Source: Eledone cirrhosa
Lineage: Eukaryota
Reading direction: 5' to 3'
NCBI GenBank assembly: GCA_964016885.1
Contig: OZ024746.1
Span: forward strand, 78,802,001 to 78,866,000
DNA length: 64,000 nt
Below are positions 40,346-54,642 of this stretch, one piece after another; position 1 is the stretch's first letter, and each line of letters starts with the position of its first letter. A program made the translations under genes and the position numbers. A model generated the notes under the pieces. That model was not told the DNA's origin. It made no database searches and saw only the letters and a program-made list of their open reading frames with translations.

Positions 40346-41655
40346 TCATCACAACTTTCATCACCATCATTTCGACCTCAACCACCACCACCACAACCAC
40401 CACTACCACCACCTCAACCTCAACAACCAGCACCACCACCACCATCCTTACCATAACTCTCATCCCCACCACCTCGTCCTCAACCACCACCATAACCACC
40501 GCCACAACCGTCACCACCACCACCACCACAACCACCACTATCACCACCACCACAACCACCACCAACACCAACACCACCACTATCACCACCACTACCACCA
40601 CCACCATCACCACCACCACCACCACTACCACCAACACCACCAACACCACCAACACCACCACTATCACCACCACTACCACCAACACCAACACCAACACCAC
40701 CAACACCACCACCACCACCAACACCAACCCCATCACCACCCCCACCAGTATCACCACCATAACCACAGCCACTATCACCACACCACCACCACCACCACCA
40801 CAACCACTATCACCACCACAACCACAATACAACTACCACTACCACCACTACCACTACCACTACCACTACCACCACCACCACCACCACCACCACCAACACC
40901 ACCACCACCACCAACACCAACCCTATCACCACCCCCACCAGTATCACCACCATAACCACAGCTACTATCACCACACCACCACCACCACCACAACCACTAT
41001 CACCACCACAACCACAATACAACTACCACTACCACCACTACCACTACCACTACCACCACCACCACCACCACCACCACAACTAGAGCCGTCATCAACAAAA
41101 TCCCCTGCACGACAACAGTCGTCACAAACTTCCGTCCCTGCTACTAAACCCCCCCCCCCCACACACACACACTCACACACACAACCACCACCCCACCGCC
41201 ACCAGCACCACACCTCAACCACCACCACCACCACCACCACCACACCTCAACCACCACCAACACCACCACCACCCCACCACAACCACCACCCCACCACCAC
41301 CAGCACCACACCTCAACCACCGCCACCACCACCACCACCACCAGCACCACACCTCAACCACCACCACCACCACCACCACCACCACCACCACCACCACCAC
41401 CAGCACCACACCACAACCACAACCAGCACCACCAGCACCACACCTCAACCACCACCACCACCACCACACCACCACCACAACCACCACCACCAGCACCACA
41501 CCTCAACCACCACCCCACCACAACCACCACCCCACCACCACCACCACACCTCAACCACCACCACCACCACCACCACACCACCACCCCACCACCACCACCA
41601 CACCTCAACCACCACCACCACCACCACCACAACCACCACCACCACCAGCACCAGC

Positions 41656-41686
<31 letters not shown>

Positions 41687-41720
41687 CCACCACTAGCACC
41701 ACACGTCAACCACCACCACA
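40260..41720. repeat. (ACC)n-rich compound repeat with a ~190-bp internal duplication
   Basis: Direct reading. Confidence 0.9.
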
Positions 41721-42289
41721 ACTACAGCAGTCAACAGTAAAAGCCCCTCCACGGCAACAGTCGTCACCAACCTCCGTCCCCGCTACTATCACCACCATCT
41801 TATGATTCACACTAATTGGCGCCATTGATTCTAATTAATGTCCAGGAACGCAACACATGATAACAAGGGTTCATAATGATGTTTATCAGTCGACCATTAA
41901 AATCTAAGCCCTTGGTGACAAATTCTTAACAGCAATGCCCTGATGTTACTAAGGATAGAAATAGAAAATGGCGGCGGCAAGATCATATCTACTTGTTCCC
42001 TCACCCCACACCCACCTCCTGCCCTGCCTCCATACATGTATATATGAGGTGGGAGTAGGGTGGTATGGGGTTAAAGCAGCTACAAAAGGATATTGAAACC
42101 GGGTTGTTAAGTTCGAGATAAACCTGAAGATTAGTTTGTCTTCAAAGTCGCTCACCTTAACTTAACAACAAATACTTCACCGACTCAGCGGCGAAGTCTT
42201 TATTTGGTGGTCCAATCTGGTAGAATTTCCAGCCATATTTTCATAAAATCACACCCCACTGTTTTAAAAGAAGGAATAACATAGGTAAT

Positions 42290-42470
42290 TGTTTCTACTT
42301 TTGGCACAAGGCCAGCAATTATTCCAGTGAATTACTGGTACTTTATTTTATCGACCCCGTAAGGATGAAAGGCAAAGTTAACCTCGGCGGCATTTGAACT
42401 CAGATCATAAAGGGCCGTAACTCTATATTGCAAAGCAAGGCGTCCGACCCTCTACCGATACTGCCAATCT
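42290..42470 (-). mobile_element. tRNA-derived SINE
   Basis: Reverse complement of the 30335-30525 copy. Confidence 0.9.
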
Positions 42471-42859
42471 ACTAGACAACAATACCCTAATATTACTAAG
42501 GAGAATACAAATGTCAGAATGGAGGGGGATAATTCTATGTTATAGAGAGTTATATAGTGTGGTGGATTAAAACGGCTATAAAAAGATATCAAAACGGATC
42601 GTTTAACCTCGTGATAAACTGGAAGATTGTGACGGTATGTGGCTTAGTGGTTAGTGTCCTCAGTTCACGATCGTAAGGCCGTGACTTCGATTACCGCTAC
42701 ATGGTGGCTCAATTTGGTAGAAATAGTAGCCAAATTTCCCTGAAATAACACCCCACCGTTTAAAAAAATATAGAAATGAGAATGGGGAGAGAAAAAGAGA
42801 TGAAGAGAGAGATAAAGTGCGAAAGTCAGATAGTGGGAAGCAAAATCAAAACCTGTATT

Positions 42860-43090
42860 GAACCAGTATCTTATTTATCGACCCTGAAAGGATGAAAGCT
42901 AAAGTAAACCTCGGCAGAATTTGATCTCAGAGCATAGACAGCCGGAACGCATATTGACCTTAAGTATTATCTCTGATGTTCTAGCGACATTACCAATTCT
43001 TCGCCAATTAAAGTTTATTAGGGTAACTTAAAAACTAAAGGCTTTTAAACCTAGTGGAACCCATCTCTCTCCAGGGCTGAAATATGTTTC

Positions 43091-43153
<63 letters not shown>

Positions 43154-43380
43154 AAACATTGATTTTTTTTATATATGTCCAAGACCAGCAATTTGGGATA
43201 GAAGGGGAAGTCGATTATATTGATCCCAGTGATTGAATGGTACTTTATTTCATCGATATCGGAAAGATATGAGGCAGAGGTGACCCAGGCGATATTTGAA
43301 CACAGAAAGTAATAACTTGGAACAAATACTTCTTAGCATTTTCTTGGCTACGTAATGACTGCGAAGCCTCTGCCAGAACT
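42860..43380 (-). mobile_element. Two older diverged SINE copies (~42860-43010, ~43178-43380)
   Basis: TATCGACCCTGAAAGGATGAAAG...CCTCGGCAGAATTTGA and GGTACTTTATTTCATCGA...ATTTGAAC. Confidence 0.65.
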
Positions 43381-45657
43381 AAAACTTCTGAGAGAGTAAG
43401 AATCGAATCCAGTACTAAATTCTAAGCGGAGTTAGCAGGAATGAATATCCGACGTTTTAACAACTCTGCCCATTCACCGCCTATCTGTCTATTCATCTTA
43501 TCTTTACTTGGGTCTTCTCTCAGCCGCCCTCGTTCGCGCCGCGGTGAGCATTATTCCCGCCTTAAAGTTGATTAGAATAACATAACAGCTAGTGGCTTTA
43601 ATGAACCCCTAAGGATGCTTCACTAAGGTGTGTGCTATCATCATCTCGTAACAATCTCTCAACAAACACAACAGCGTCGTCCATACAAAACTATCCCCTT
43701 CCTGATTCTTTTTGTTTTGTTTTGTTTGCTTGTATTTGTTGTTTTTCTGCCACCACCATCTTTCCCCCCCCCCATCTCTGCCATATAATCTCTCGGATCT
43801 TTTTCTCTAGTCCCTTGTCACTTTGCATCCCCCCCTCTCTTTCTCTGTTTTTCTATTTCCCTATCCCTATCCCTATTTCTCTCCCTTTCACTCTCTCACT
43901 CTGTGAGTTCATAGCTTTCTATAATCTCTCATCGCCTTTTTCTTTATTACTGTCATTTCGAATCTCTCTCCCAACCCCCATCTCTCTCTCTCTCCCCCTC
44001 TCACTTCTCTCTCACTCTTTCTCTCTTTGTCTCTCTCCGGTTCTTTCTCTGTTTCTGTCGCTCTCTATCACTTTGTTTCTCTGACTATCTGCCTGTTTGT
44101 CACGCTGTACTCCACTCTCTCTCTCTCTCACACACACATACGCACTCTCTCTCTCACACACATACGCACTCTCTCTCTCACACACATACGCACTCTCTCT
44201 CTCTCTCACACACACACGCATTCCCCCCTCTCTCTCTCCCACACACACACTCTCTCTCTCTTTCCCCTTCAAGTGTCTCTGTTTATGACTTCATCTCTCG
44301 CTAATTGCCATTCTATTTGATTAGGTTCCCGCACTGATTCATTCATTGATTAGAAGCAGTATAATGCAGTATTATGCAGTATAGTGCAATGTAGTGTAGT
44401 GTAGTGTATTGCTGTAATGCAGTGTATTGCAGTGTTATTACTATAGTGGTGATACTGGTTTCAACTACTGCTTCAATTGCTGCTTCAATTGTTAATACTG
44501 AGTCTCAACTGAAGTTGCGGCCAAGTAATTTCGTGACATTGATAACACTGTACAACCTGCCTTAACAATCAACTCCAATATTCCTCTCCACTCACGACAA
44601 GTTCATTGCGCCTCGTTGATTCTCACAACAATAAACAAACAACAAAAACATACACACAACAACAAGCAAAACAAAAATAAGATAAAAGCAAACAAACAAA
44701 CAAACAAACAAACAAACAAACAACAAAAACAAAACTAAAAACTACAAAAACAAAAATGAAGAAAAGGAGAAATTGCAATGCACATGGATACACACACACA
44801 CATACACATTTACACATATACATACATACACATTTAGATATATACACATTTACGCATGCACATTTACACATATACATACATACACATTTACATATATACA
44901 CATTTACACATGCACATTTACACATATACATACATACACATTTACATACATACACATTTACATACATACACACATACACATTTACACATATACATACATA
45001 CACATTTCCATATATACACGTTTACACACACACACACTTACACATATACATACATGCACATTTACATACATACACATTTCCATATATACACATTTACACG
45101 CACACACACTTACACATATACATACATGCACATTTACATACATACACATTTACATATATACACATTTACACACACACACACTTACACATATACATACATA
45201 CACATTTACATACATACACATTTACATATATACACATTTACACATACACATTTACACATATACATACATACACATTTACATACATAAACATTTACATATA
45301 TACACATTTACATACATACACATTTACATATATATACATTTACACATACACATTTACACATATACATACATACACATTTACATATATACACATTTACACA
45401 CATACACATTTACACACATACACATTTACACATATACATACATACACATTTACATATATACATACATACACATTTACATATATAGACATCTACACCACAT
45501 ACACATCAACACACATACAAATTTAGACACATACATATTTACACATATTTACACATATTCACAAATGCACGTGTCTACACACAGTTACACGTAAATACAC
45601 ATAGATACGCGTAAATATACGTAGACACACGCACATATACACATACCCCCCCCCCCC

Positions 45658-45722
<65 letters not shown>

Positions 45723-46622
45723 TGCGTTCTGAAACACGCATTTACACACACAAGATACACATACACATTCATGTTGAAACGCACACAGACACAGATACAC
45801 ACGAATTTACTTATACACACGCAGATACACATGGATTTACATATGTACACATATACACACACATATATATGCAAACTTACACACATTGACATTCAAACAC
45901 ACACGATACACCCACTTTCCAAGACTCACATACACACACACATACAACACAAGCACGCACTCAGACATACACATACACACATTCATACACAGACGTATAC
46001 ATGATCACACATAGCCTGATTGAAACGCACACAGATACATCCGCACTTTAACATAAACACATTTAGAATCTACCCGACTACCCCTCCACACACACACACA
46101 CACACAACACAACCTTCCATACAAATACACACACACACGAACAATACATAAACTCACTCACACACACACATACACACACAAACATACATACACACACACA
46201 TGCACACAAACGCACACACACACACACACATACACACGCAAACATACACACACACACATGCACACAAACGCACACATACACACACACACATACACACGCA
46301 AACACACACACACACACACACAAACATTCAAACTCAAACACACACACAAACACAACACACACACACACACAAACACACACACACTTACACACACAAACAA
46401 ACACAAACATACACACACACATACACACAAAACACACACACACACACACACACAAATAAACACAAGCACAACACACACTTATACACATAAACAAATACAA
46501 ACATACACACACACACATGCATACACAAAACACAAACACACACACACACACACGCGCACACAAACACACACACAGACCTCCCCCCACACACACAAACACA
46601 CACACACACACAAACACACGCA

Positions 46623-46653
<31 letters not shown>

Positions 46654-46779
46654 GAACACACGCACACACACACACAAACACACACACACACACACACAGT
46701 CTTCTCATGATTGCTACCATCAAATCATTCCGTTATGGTTGATCTCTCGTCCGATAGTGTTTGTTGCTAATGGCGACGT

Positions 46780-47016
46780 CGTTGATGATGATAATGATGA
46801 TGATGTTGTTGTTGTTGATGTGGATGATGATGATGATGGTGGCGATGGTGGTGATGGTGGCGATGGTGGTGACGACGACGATGAAGATAATGATGATGAT
46901 GATGATGGTGATGGTGATGATGGTGGCGATGGTGGTGATGGTGGTGACGACGATGAAGATAATGATGATGATGGTGATGGTGATGGTGATGGTGAAGGTG
47001 GTGATGGTGATGATGG

Positions 47017-47066
<50 letters not shown>

Positions 47067-47289
47067 GTGATGATGGTGATGATAATCATAACGATAACCT
47101 TGGTTCTGATGATGATGATGATGATGGTGATGGCGATGATGATGATGATGATGATGATTATGACGACGGCGACGGCGACAGTGATGATTATGATGATGGT
47201 GATGATGATGGTGATGGTGATGACAGCGACGACGGCGATGATGATGGTGATGATGATGGTAATGATGTTGAGGACAATGGTGATGATGG

Positions 47290-47324
<35 letters not shown>

Positions 47325-47478
47325 GTGATGAGGACAATGGTGATAATGATGATGATGATGATGATGATGATGGTGTTGAGGACAATGGTGATAATGATGA
47401 TGATGATGATGATGGTGTTGAGGACAATGGTGATAATGATGATGATGATGATGATGATGATGGTGTTGAGGACAATGG

Positions 47479-47514
<36 letters not shown>

Positions 47515-48600
47515 GGACAATGGTGATGATGATGATGATGATGATGATGATGGTGTTGAGGACAATGGTGATAATGATGATGATGATGATGATGATGATG
47601 TTGTTGAGGACAATGGTGATAATGATGATGATGATGATGATGATGGTGTTGAGGACAATGGTGATAATGATGATGATGATGATGATGATGGTGTTGAGGA
47701 CAATGGTGATAATGATGATGATGATGATGATGATGATGGTGTTGAGGACAATGGTGATAATGATGATGATGATGATGATGATGGTGTTGAGGACAATGGT
47801 GATAATGATGATGATGATGATGATGATGATGGTGTTGAGGACAATGGTGATAATGATGATGATGATGATGATGATGATGGTGTTGAGGACAATGGTGATG
47901 ATGATGATGATGATGAGGACAATGGTGATGATGATGATGATGATGGTGATGACAACAACGTCATCCAAGATGGCTGTGCTAAGAAGGAGGAGAATGGAAG
48001 TGGTAGTTATAACCATCACTGCCGTCGCCATATATATATCTTCTTCATCATTCGCACCATGATGACGATCCCCATCGTCATCACCCTTTACATTATCGCC
48101 GCCATCTTCATCATCATCATTGACATCACCATCTTCTTCCACCACCAATATCACCACCACCACCACCACCACCACCGTGACCACCACCACCACTTCTTCA
48201 TCATCATCATCATTGACATCACTATCTTCTTCCACCACCATTATCACCACTACCACTACCAACACAACCACCACCACCACCACCACTACCACCACCAACA
48301 CTACAATCACCACCACCACTACCACCACTACCACCACCACCACCACCAACACTACCACTACCACCACCACTATCACCACCACCACCACCACCTCCACTAT
48401 CACCACCACTATCACCACTAATACCACCACCACTATCACCTCCACCTCCACCACCACCACTATCACCACTAATACCACCACCACTATCACCTCCACCTCC
48501 ACCACTATCACCACCACTACCACCACCACCACCACTACAACCACTATCACCACTACTACCAATACCACTATCACCACACTACCACCACTACCACTACATC
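46780..48600. repeat. (GAT)n minisatellite with GGTGTTGAGGACAATGGTGAT spacer, then (CAC)n
   Basis: Direct reading. Confidence 0.95.
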
Positions 48601-49161
48601 ATCATGTTCAAGGTAAGCTGAATGAAAGTATTTGTTGACCAGCCAAGGCGTGAGCTTCTAAGTGGTTACGGTTCCTGCAAGAGATAGCAGCCAAAATCTC
48701 TCTCATATCACAATCACACACTACCGTGTTTAACCAGGAAGAACATATCAGACAATGCGTTTCTAGACATGAATGAATGATGGATTTCACTCTTCAGTAG
48801 TGATGCTGGTGGTAATGTTTTGTTGCAGTTGTTGTTGTTGTTGTTGTCTTCGTTTAACCCTAGACCAGCTCTAATTAAACAGAACAATACTCAAAGACAT
48901 TTCAGGCATACTAATTTCATCTTTTAAAATTTTATTTCAGACATCAGGGGTGGTTGAACTGGGGAGGAGGGGGGAGGGAGCATACTCCCCACCTAATAAT
49001 TATATTTCCCCCCCCAAACTACCAAAACACACATCTATTGGTATATGCGTTACAATTTATATATATTTTATGTAGAGACAGATGAGAGAGAGAGATAGAT
49101 ATAAAAGTTATAGGGAGCGGGATAGTTTGGTGATAATTGATAGAGAGAGGCTGGTTAGGAA

Positions 49162-49908
49162 AGAGTGTAGTATGGTAGATATAGAGAGGGGGAGAGTTTG
49201 ATAGTGATGAATACAGTGAGAGGACATGAAAGAGAGTGCTGTATGGTAGATATAGAGAGGGGGAGAGTTTGATAGTGATGGATACAGTGAGAGGACATGA
49301 GGGAGAGTGTTGTATGGTAGATATAGAGAGGGGGTGAGTTTGATAGTGATGAATACAGTGAGAGGACATGAAAGAGAGTGCTGTATGGTAGATATAGAGA
49401 GGGGGAGAGTTTGATAGTGATGGATACAGTGAGAGGACATGAGGGAGAGTGTTGTATGGTAGATATAGAGAGGGGTGAGTTTGATAGTGATGGATACAGT
49501 GAGAGGACATGAGAGAGAGTGTTGTATGGTAGATATAGAGAGGGGGTGAGTTTGATAGTGATGGATACAGTGAGAGGACATGAGAAAGAGAGTGTTGTAT
49601 GGTAGATATAGAGAGGGGGTGAGTTTGATAGTGATGGATACAGTGAGAGGACATGAAAGAGAGAGTGTTGTATGGTAGATATAGAGAGGGGGTGAGTTTG
49701 ATAGTGATGGATACAGTGAGAGGACATGAAAGAGAGTGTTGTATGGTAGATATAGAGAGGGGGAGAGTTTGATAGTGATGGATACAGTGAGAGGACATGA
49801 GAGAGAGTGTTGTATGGTAGATATAGAGAGGGGGAGAGTTTGATAGTGATGGATACAGTGAGAGGACATGAGAAAGAGAGTGTTGTATGGTAGATATAGA
49901 GAGGGGGA
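49162..49908. repeat. 71-bp minisatellite, about 10.5 copies
   Basis: AGATATAGAG at 49177, 49248, 49319 (71-nt period). Confidence 0.95.
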
Positions 49909-50057
49909 AATTTTGGTGTTCATTGATATAGAGGAGGTGTTTGGACGAGAGTACCGTTTAGTAGATATAGAGTGGGGGAGAGTTTGGTATTAATTGAGTT
50001 TATGAGAGGGGAATTGCGAGAGTAGGTTGTATGGTTGATGTAGAGAGGAGGAGAGTT

Positions 50058-51270
50058 TGGTGGTAGTGTTTGTATTGGTGGTGGTGGTGGTGGTGGTGGC
50101 AGTAGTGTTTGTATTGGTGGCGGTGGTGACAGTAGTGTTTGTATTGGTGGTGGTGGTGGCAGTAGTGTTTGTATTGGTGGTGGTGGTGGTGGTGGTGGCA
50201 GTAGTGTTTGTATTGGTGGTGGTGGTGGCAGTAGTGTTTGTATTGGTGGTGGTGGTGGCAGTAGTGTTTGTAGTGGTGGTGGTGGTGGCAGTAGTGTTTG
50301 TATTGGTGGTGGTGGTGGCAGTAGTGTTTGTATTGCTGGTGGTGGTGGCAGTAGTGTTTGTATTGGTGGTGGTGGTGGCAGTAGTGTTTGTAGTGGTGGT
50401 GGTGGTGGCAGTAGTGTTTGTATTGGTGGTGGTGGTGGCAGTAGTGTTTGTAGTGGTGGTGGTGGTGGCAGTAGTCTTTGTATTGGTGGTGGTGGTGGCA
50501 GTAGTGTTTGTAGTGGTGGTGGTGGTGGCAGTAGTGTTTGTATTGGTGGTGGTGGTGGCAGTAGTGTTTGTATTGGTGGTGGCAGTAGTGTTTGTATTGG
50601 TGGTGGTGGTGGCAGTAGTGTTTGTATTGGTGGTGGCAGTAGTGTTTGTATTGGTGGTGGCAGTAGTGTTTGTATTGGTGGTGGTGGTGGTGGTGGTGGT
50701 GGCAGTAGTGTTTGTATTGGTGGTGGTGGTGGCAGTAGTGTTTGTATTGGTGGTGGCAGTAGTGTTTGTATTGGTGGTGGTGGTGGTGGTGGTGGTGGCA
50801 GTAGTGTTTGTATTGGTGGTGGTGGTGGCAGTAGTGTTTGTATTGGTGGTGGTGGTGGCAGTAGTGTTTGTATTGCTGGTGGTGGTGGCAGTAGTGTTTG
50901 TATTGGTGGTGGTGGTGGCAGTAGTGTTTGTATTGGTGGTGGTGGTGGCAGTAGTGTTTGTATTGGTGGTGGTGGTGGCAGTAGTGTTTGTATTGGTGGT
51001 GGTGGTGGCAGTAGTGTTTGTATTGCTGGTGGTGGTGGCAGTAGTGTTTGTATTGCTGGTGGTGGTGGCAGTAGTGTTTGTAGTGGTGGTGGTGGTGGCA
51101 GTAGTGTTTGTATTGGTGGTGGTGGTGGCAGTAGTGTTTGTAGTGGTGGTGGTGGTGGCAGTAGTGTTTGTATTGGTGGTGGTGGTGGCAGTAGTGTTTG
51201 TATTTGTGGTGGCAGTAGTGTTTGTATTGGTGGTGGTGGTGGCAGTAGTGTTTGTAGTGGCAGTGTTTGT
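50058..51270. repeat. ~30-bp minisatellite GGTGGTGGCAGTAGTGTTTGTATTGGTGGT
   Basis: Direct reading. Confidence 0.95.
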
Positions 51271-52543
51271 GTTTATGGGAATAATTTTATTGGTGGTGGT
51301 ATGATGGGTGTATTGTTAGTAGTGGTGGCAGTGGTGGTGGCAGTAGTGGTGGCAGTGGTGGTGGCAGTAGTGGTGGCAGTGGTGGTGGCAGTGGTGGTGG
51401 CAGTGGTGGTGGCAGTAGTTTTTGGTGGTCGACAGTTGCAATGACAGTGGCTGGTTCTTGTAGTAGACAATAGCAGTGATGATGGTGTTGGTAGTGGTAG
51501 AGGGGTGGCGGCGGCGGTGGTGGTGGTGGTTGTGGTAGAGGAGGTAGTAGTATTAGTTGTATTGGTAGAAGTGGTAGAAGTATTGGTAGAAGTGGTAATA
51601 GTAGCAATGGCGTTGGTGGGGAGAATAATGGTAGTAACAGTGTTGAGGGCAGCGGCGACGATGGTGGTGGTAGTGGGTGCGGTTGTGGTGTTGTTGTTAT
51701 TGGTGGCGGTATTGGTAATGGTGGCCAGAGTTGTTGGTGGAAGTGGTGGCACAGTAGATTGATTAGGTGATAGTAAGAGCGTTTGTAGGGATAAGTAATC
51801 GTGGGTATGACAGAGGTGGGTATTGAGCAACTCACCCGTAGTACAGATGGTATGGGTTGTAGTGTTGGTCAATAAAGCTAAAACAACATTGGATACTTTT
51901 AAAAATATATTTTTCCACGTGAATAAGTTTGTAAGTTTTATGCCGAATAAAGAAGTATGGCGCCTGGAAATTATCTTGACATGACACAAAATATGAAGTA
52001 ATCCATTTATAACCATTCTTAAGTATTACTTTATATGATTTTCAACAGCAGTAATCAAACCTTACACGATTATATAAATATCTATCTATCTATCTTATCT
52101 ATTTCTAGCCCCCCCCTTCTCTCTCTCTCTGTCTCTGTATATATGTATATATAGTATATAGGATATATATATATATTATATATTATGGAATACTGTTGGC
52201 TTTTTGCTACAATATTTTCTATACCTTTCATTTATATATATATATATATATATATAAATATAAATATATATATATTAGGGATTGCAATGTCAAGTTACTG
52301 TACCTTCACCAAAGTGAGCACTCGATGCGTAATCTCCAGTATGTATTTTGGTGTTGTACTAAGTAGAGTACAATAATAGCAGTAATAATAGTATTATATA
52401 TATAACCAAGCAAATTATAAACGTAAACATGTAAGTATGTTTTTGAAACGATGCGCGAGTTTGAAATTAGAAATTAGAAATTAGAAGCTTTCACCGTATT
52501 TTAGACTAGAGAAATTTCTAGCCTTATAATTTCTAATTTCTAT

Positions 52544-52699
<156 letters not shown>

Positions 52700-52982
52700 G
52701 GTGTAAATTCATATATATATATACCTAACAATAACAAGAACAACAACTACAGATTGGCTTGCCTCAGAACGAATTTCTATAGACTTTTGACTGAGGAATG
52801 TTCTAACAACTGACCAATGAGAGGAGTAGAGGCCCTTTGACGCTGAAATTCGTTTGTTTAAATTCATATGATTCCAGTTCCTCAGTGAAATAACAACCCA
52901 ACCAGGAACTGGGCATATCAGAGTATTGACAATATTATACACCTCAACAACATGTGTACTCGTCTCTACCACACTAATTCGG

Positions 52983-53037
52983 ACTGCTTGAAGGGGTCAC
53001 AGCCAAAGATGGCTGACACCGAAATATATATAGTAGT
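52983..53037 (+). ncRNA. Type I hammerhead-like motif, family E (core TTGAAGG), near the 3' end of TA-flanked island 52723-53087
   Basis: ACTGC-TTGAAGG-GGTcaCAGCCA-aaga-TGGCTGacACC-GAAA-TATATA-TA/GTAGT. 5-bp stem I, 9-bp stem II, palindromic loop III; AATAAA immediately downstream. Confidence 0.65.
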
Positions 53038-53103
53038 AATAAACGAAGTCAAATTTTAAACATTTGACTTATTTTATTGTATTTTATATATATATATATA
53101 TAT

Positions 53104-53278
53104 AGGGAAAATGTATGACCCCGACGGCAGAGCTCAAGCCGTTTCGACGGAAATAGCCGTCGAAACGGCTTGAGCTCTGCCGTCGGGGTCATACTTTTTC
53201 CCTATTTCCCACTCTACTACTCTAAGTATTGAGTACTCTGGTGCGTTATGGTCCATCTGGTTTCCAATTCCTTTGTTA
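53104..53278. mobile_element. Family A palindromic element in (TA)n
   Basis: Arms meet at CGACGG-AAATAG-CCGTCG; tail has TATTGAGTAC at 53227. Confidence 0.85.
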
Positions 53279-53302
53279 TATATATATATATATATATATA
53301 TA

Positions 53303-53432
53303 TCCTGATGATTTCTCCCGAATGAAACAGTTCTATTCCTGTAGAAGCCATTTCTATATTAAATATTTATACTCTGCTATGTATTGAGTACCTTACTTAC
53401 TGTGGTTACCCCCAACTGAACCCGGGATGAAC

Positions 53433-53434
<2 letters not shown>
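53303..53434 (+). mobile_element. Family C PLE 3' end beginning at a hammerhead core
   Basis: TC-CTGATGA(53305-11)-TTTC-tccc-GAAT-GAAA-CAG-ttctattc-CTG-TA/GA; tail TATTGAGTACCTTACTTACTGTGGTTACC as in 56740-56768. Confidence 0.8.
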
Positions 53435-53470
<36 letters not shown>

Positions 53471-53521
53471 ATATATATATATGAATGTACACCGACACAG
53501 ATACATACACACACACATACA

Positions 53522-53638
53522 TATTATAAGCACAGATTAAAAGTTTAAGCAATTTCTGCTTTCACTCATGAATAGAATAATCCATACAAGAGAGAAAACA
53601 GAACTTGTTTGCTTAAACCTTTAATTTATGCTAGTAAT
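53522..53638. mobile_element. Old head-to-head palindrome of family F hammerhead 3' halves
   Basis: Minus arm GAAA-GCA-gaaat-TGC-TT-AAACTTTTAATCTG and plus arm GAAA-ACA-gaacttgtt-TGC-TT-AAACCTTTAAT both match 22244-22277. Confidence 0.65.
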
Positions 53639-53644
53639 TTTTTT

Positions 53645-53802
53645 CTTCTTTTGGCACAAGGCCAGAAATTACCACAATGCATTACTGGTACTTTATTTTA
53701 TCGACTCCGTAAGGATGAAAGGTAAAGTTAACCTCGGCAAGATTTGAACTCGATCATAAAGAGACGTAATTCTATGCTGCAAAACATGGCAGCGTCTGAC
53801 CC
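53645..53802 (-). mobile_element. tRNA-derived SINE, head truncated at (TA)n
   Basis: TTGGCACAAGGCCAG...CTGGTACTTTATTTTATCGAC...AAGGATGAAAGG...ATTTGAACTC. Confidence 0.85.
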
Positions 53803-53833
<31 letters not shown>

Positions 53834-54017
53834 GCATAGGATTACCCTAGATGTAGTAATGGTTAATTACTACACTGGATATGGTTGACGTACGGTGAGA
53901 GGTTACTCAACGAGTTATGGAAGAATTGTTGAAGAAACTTAGTTCCTAATCCTTCTGTATTCCGGAGTGTAGATAAAGAATGAATAATAACAGGTAGACA
54001 TCATAAAAAGGTAATTT

Positions 54018-54141
54018 ATTCCGTGTGCTTACAAATGTTTCCACGGTGGTAATACAGCCTAGTTATGCTATGTGCAAATTTACAACTATTTGCAGAACTC
54101 AAATATCAAATGCTGTGACCACTGTATCATCAGAGCAGAAT
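54018..54141 (-). ncRNA. Type I hammerhead with canonical core and 85-nt branched stem II
   Basis: Minus strand ATTC-TGCT-CTGATGA-TACAGTGGT...ACCACCGTG-GAAA-CATTTG-TA/AGCA-cacg-GAAT. Inner helices ACAGC/GCTGT and TGCAAAT/ATTTGCA. Confidence 0.75.
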
Positions 54142-54642
54142 GGTTAAAATGTACAATGTAAATACCCTTAAGTGAGGTTATTGAAGAAGATAGAGTAGAA
54201 AAGGAAGAGAGAAAAGTAGGGGAGAGGGAGAGAGAGAGAAAGATATGCAGGGGTTGGAGAAATAGGAGAGAGTGGTTTGTAGATATCTTAATCAAAATGT
54301 TATGGTAGGGGTTTTATTATACTGGTTACTTTTAGAGAGATGCGTTGATAGTCAAGGTTGGAATTATTTATTGCCCCAGAGGGCAGGTTCATAGTTGTGG
54401 AGAGGGAGGGAGGTAGGCCAAAGGCGAGAGAGAGAGAGAGAGAGAGAGTGGAATGGATATAGAGGGAGAGATAGAGAGGGGACAGACGAAGTCTATGGGG
54501 TGGGTGAACTTAGGGTTCGTAGTAGTAATCTGCGAATTGCACTGAGTTACCATTTATAGTGATAAGTAGGGTATTGTCTTGTAGTGTGGGGGAAGAGAAG
54601 GTGGTTAGCTAGAAAGTGATGTTATAGTTACGGGTTCGAATG

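Noticed and set aside
46517-48421. 634-aa Asp-rich/His-rich ORF suggesting a biomineralisation protein
   Set aside because: It is a run of (CA)n, (GAT)n and (CAC)n microsatellites, open on both strands.
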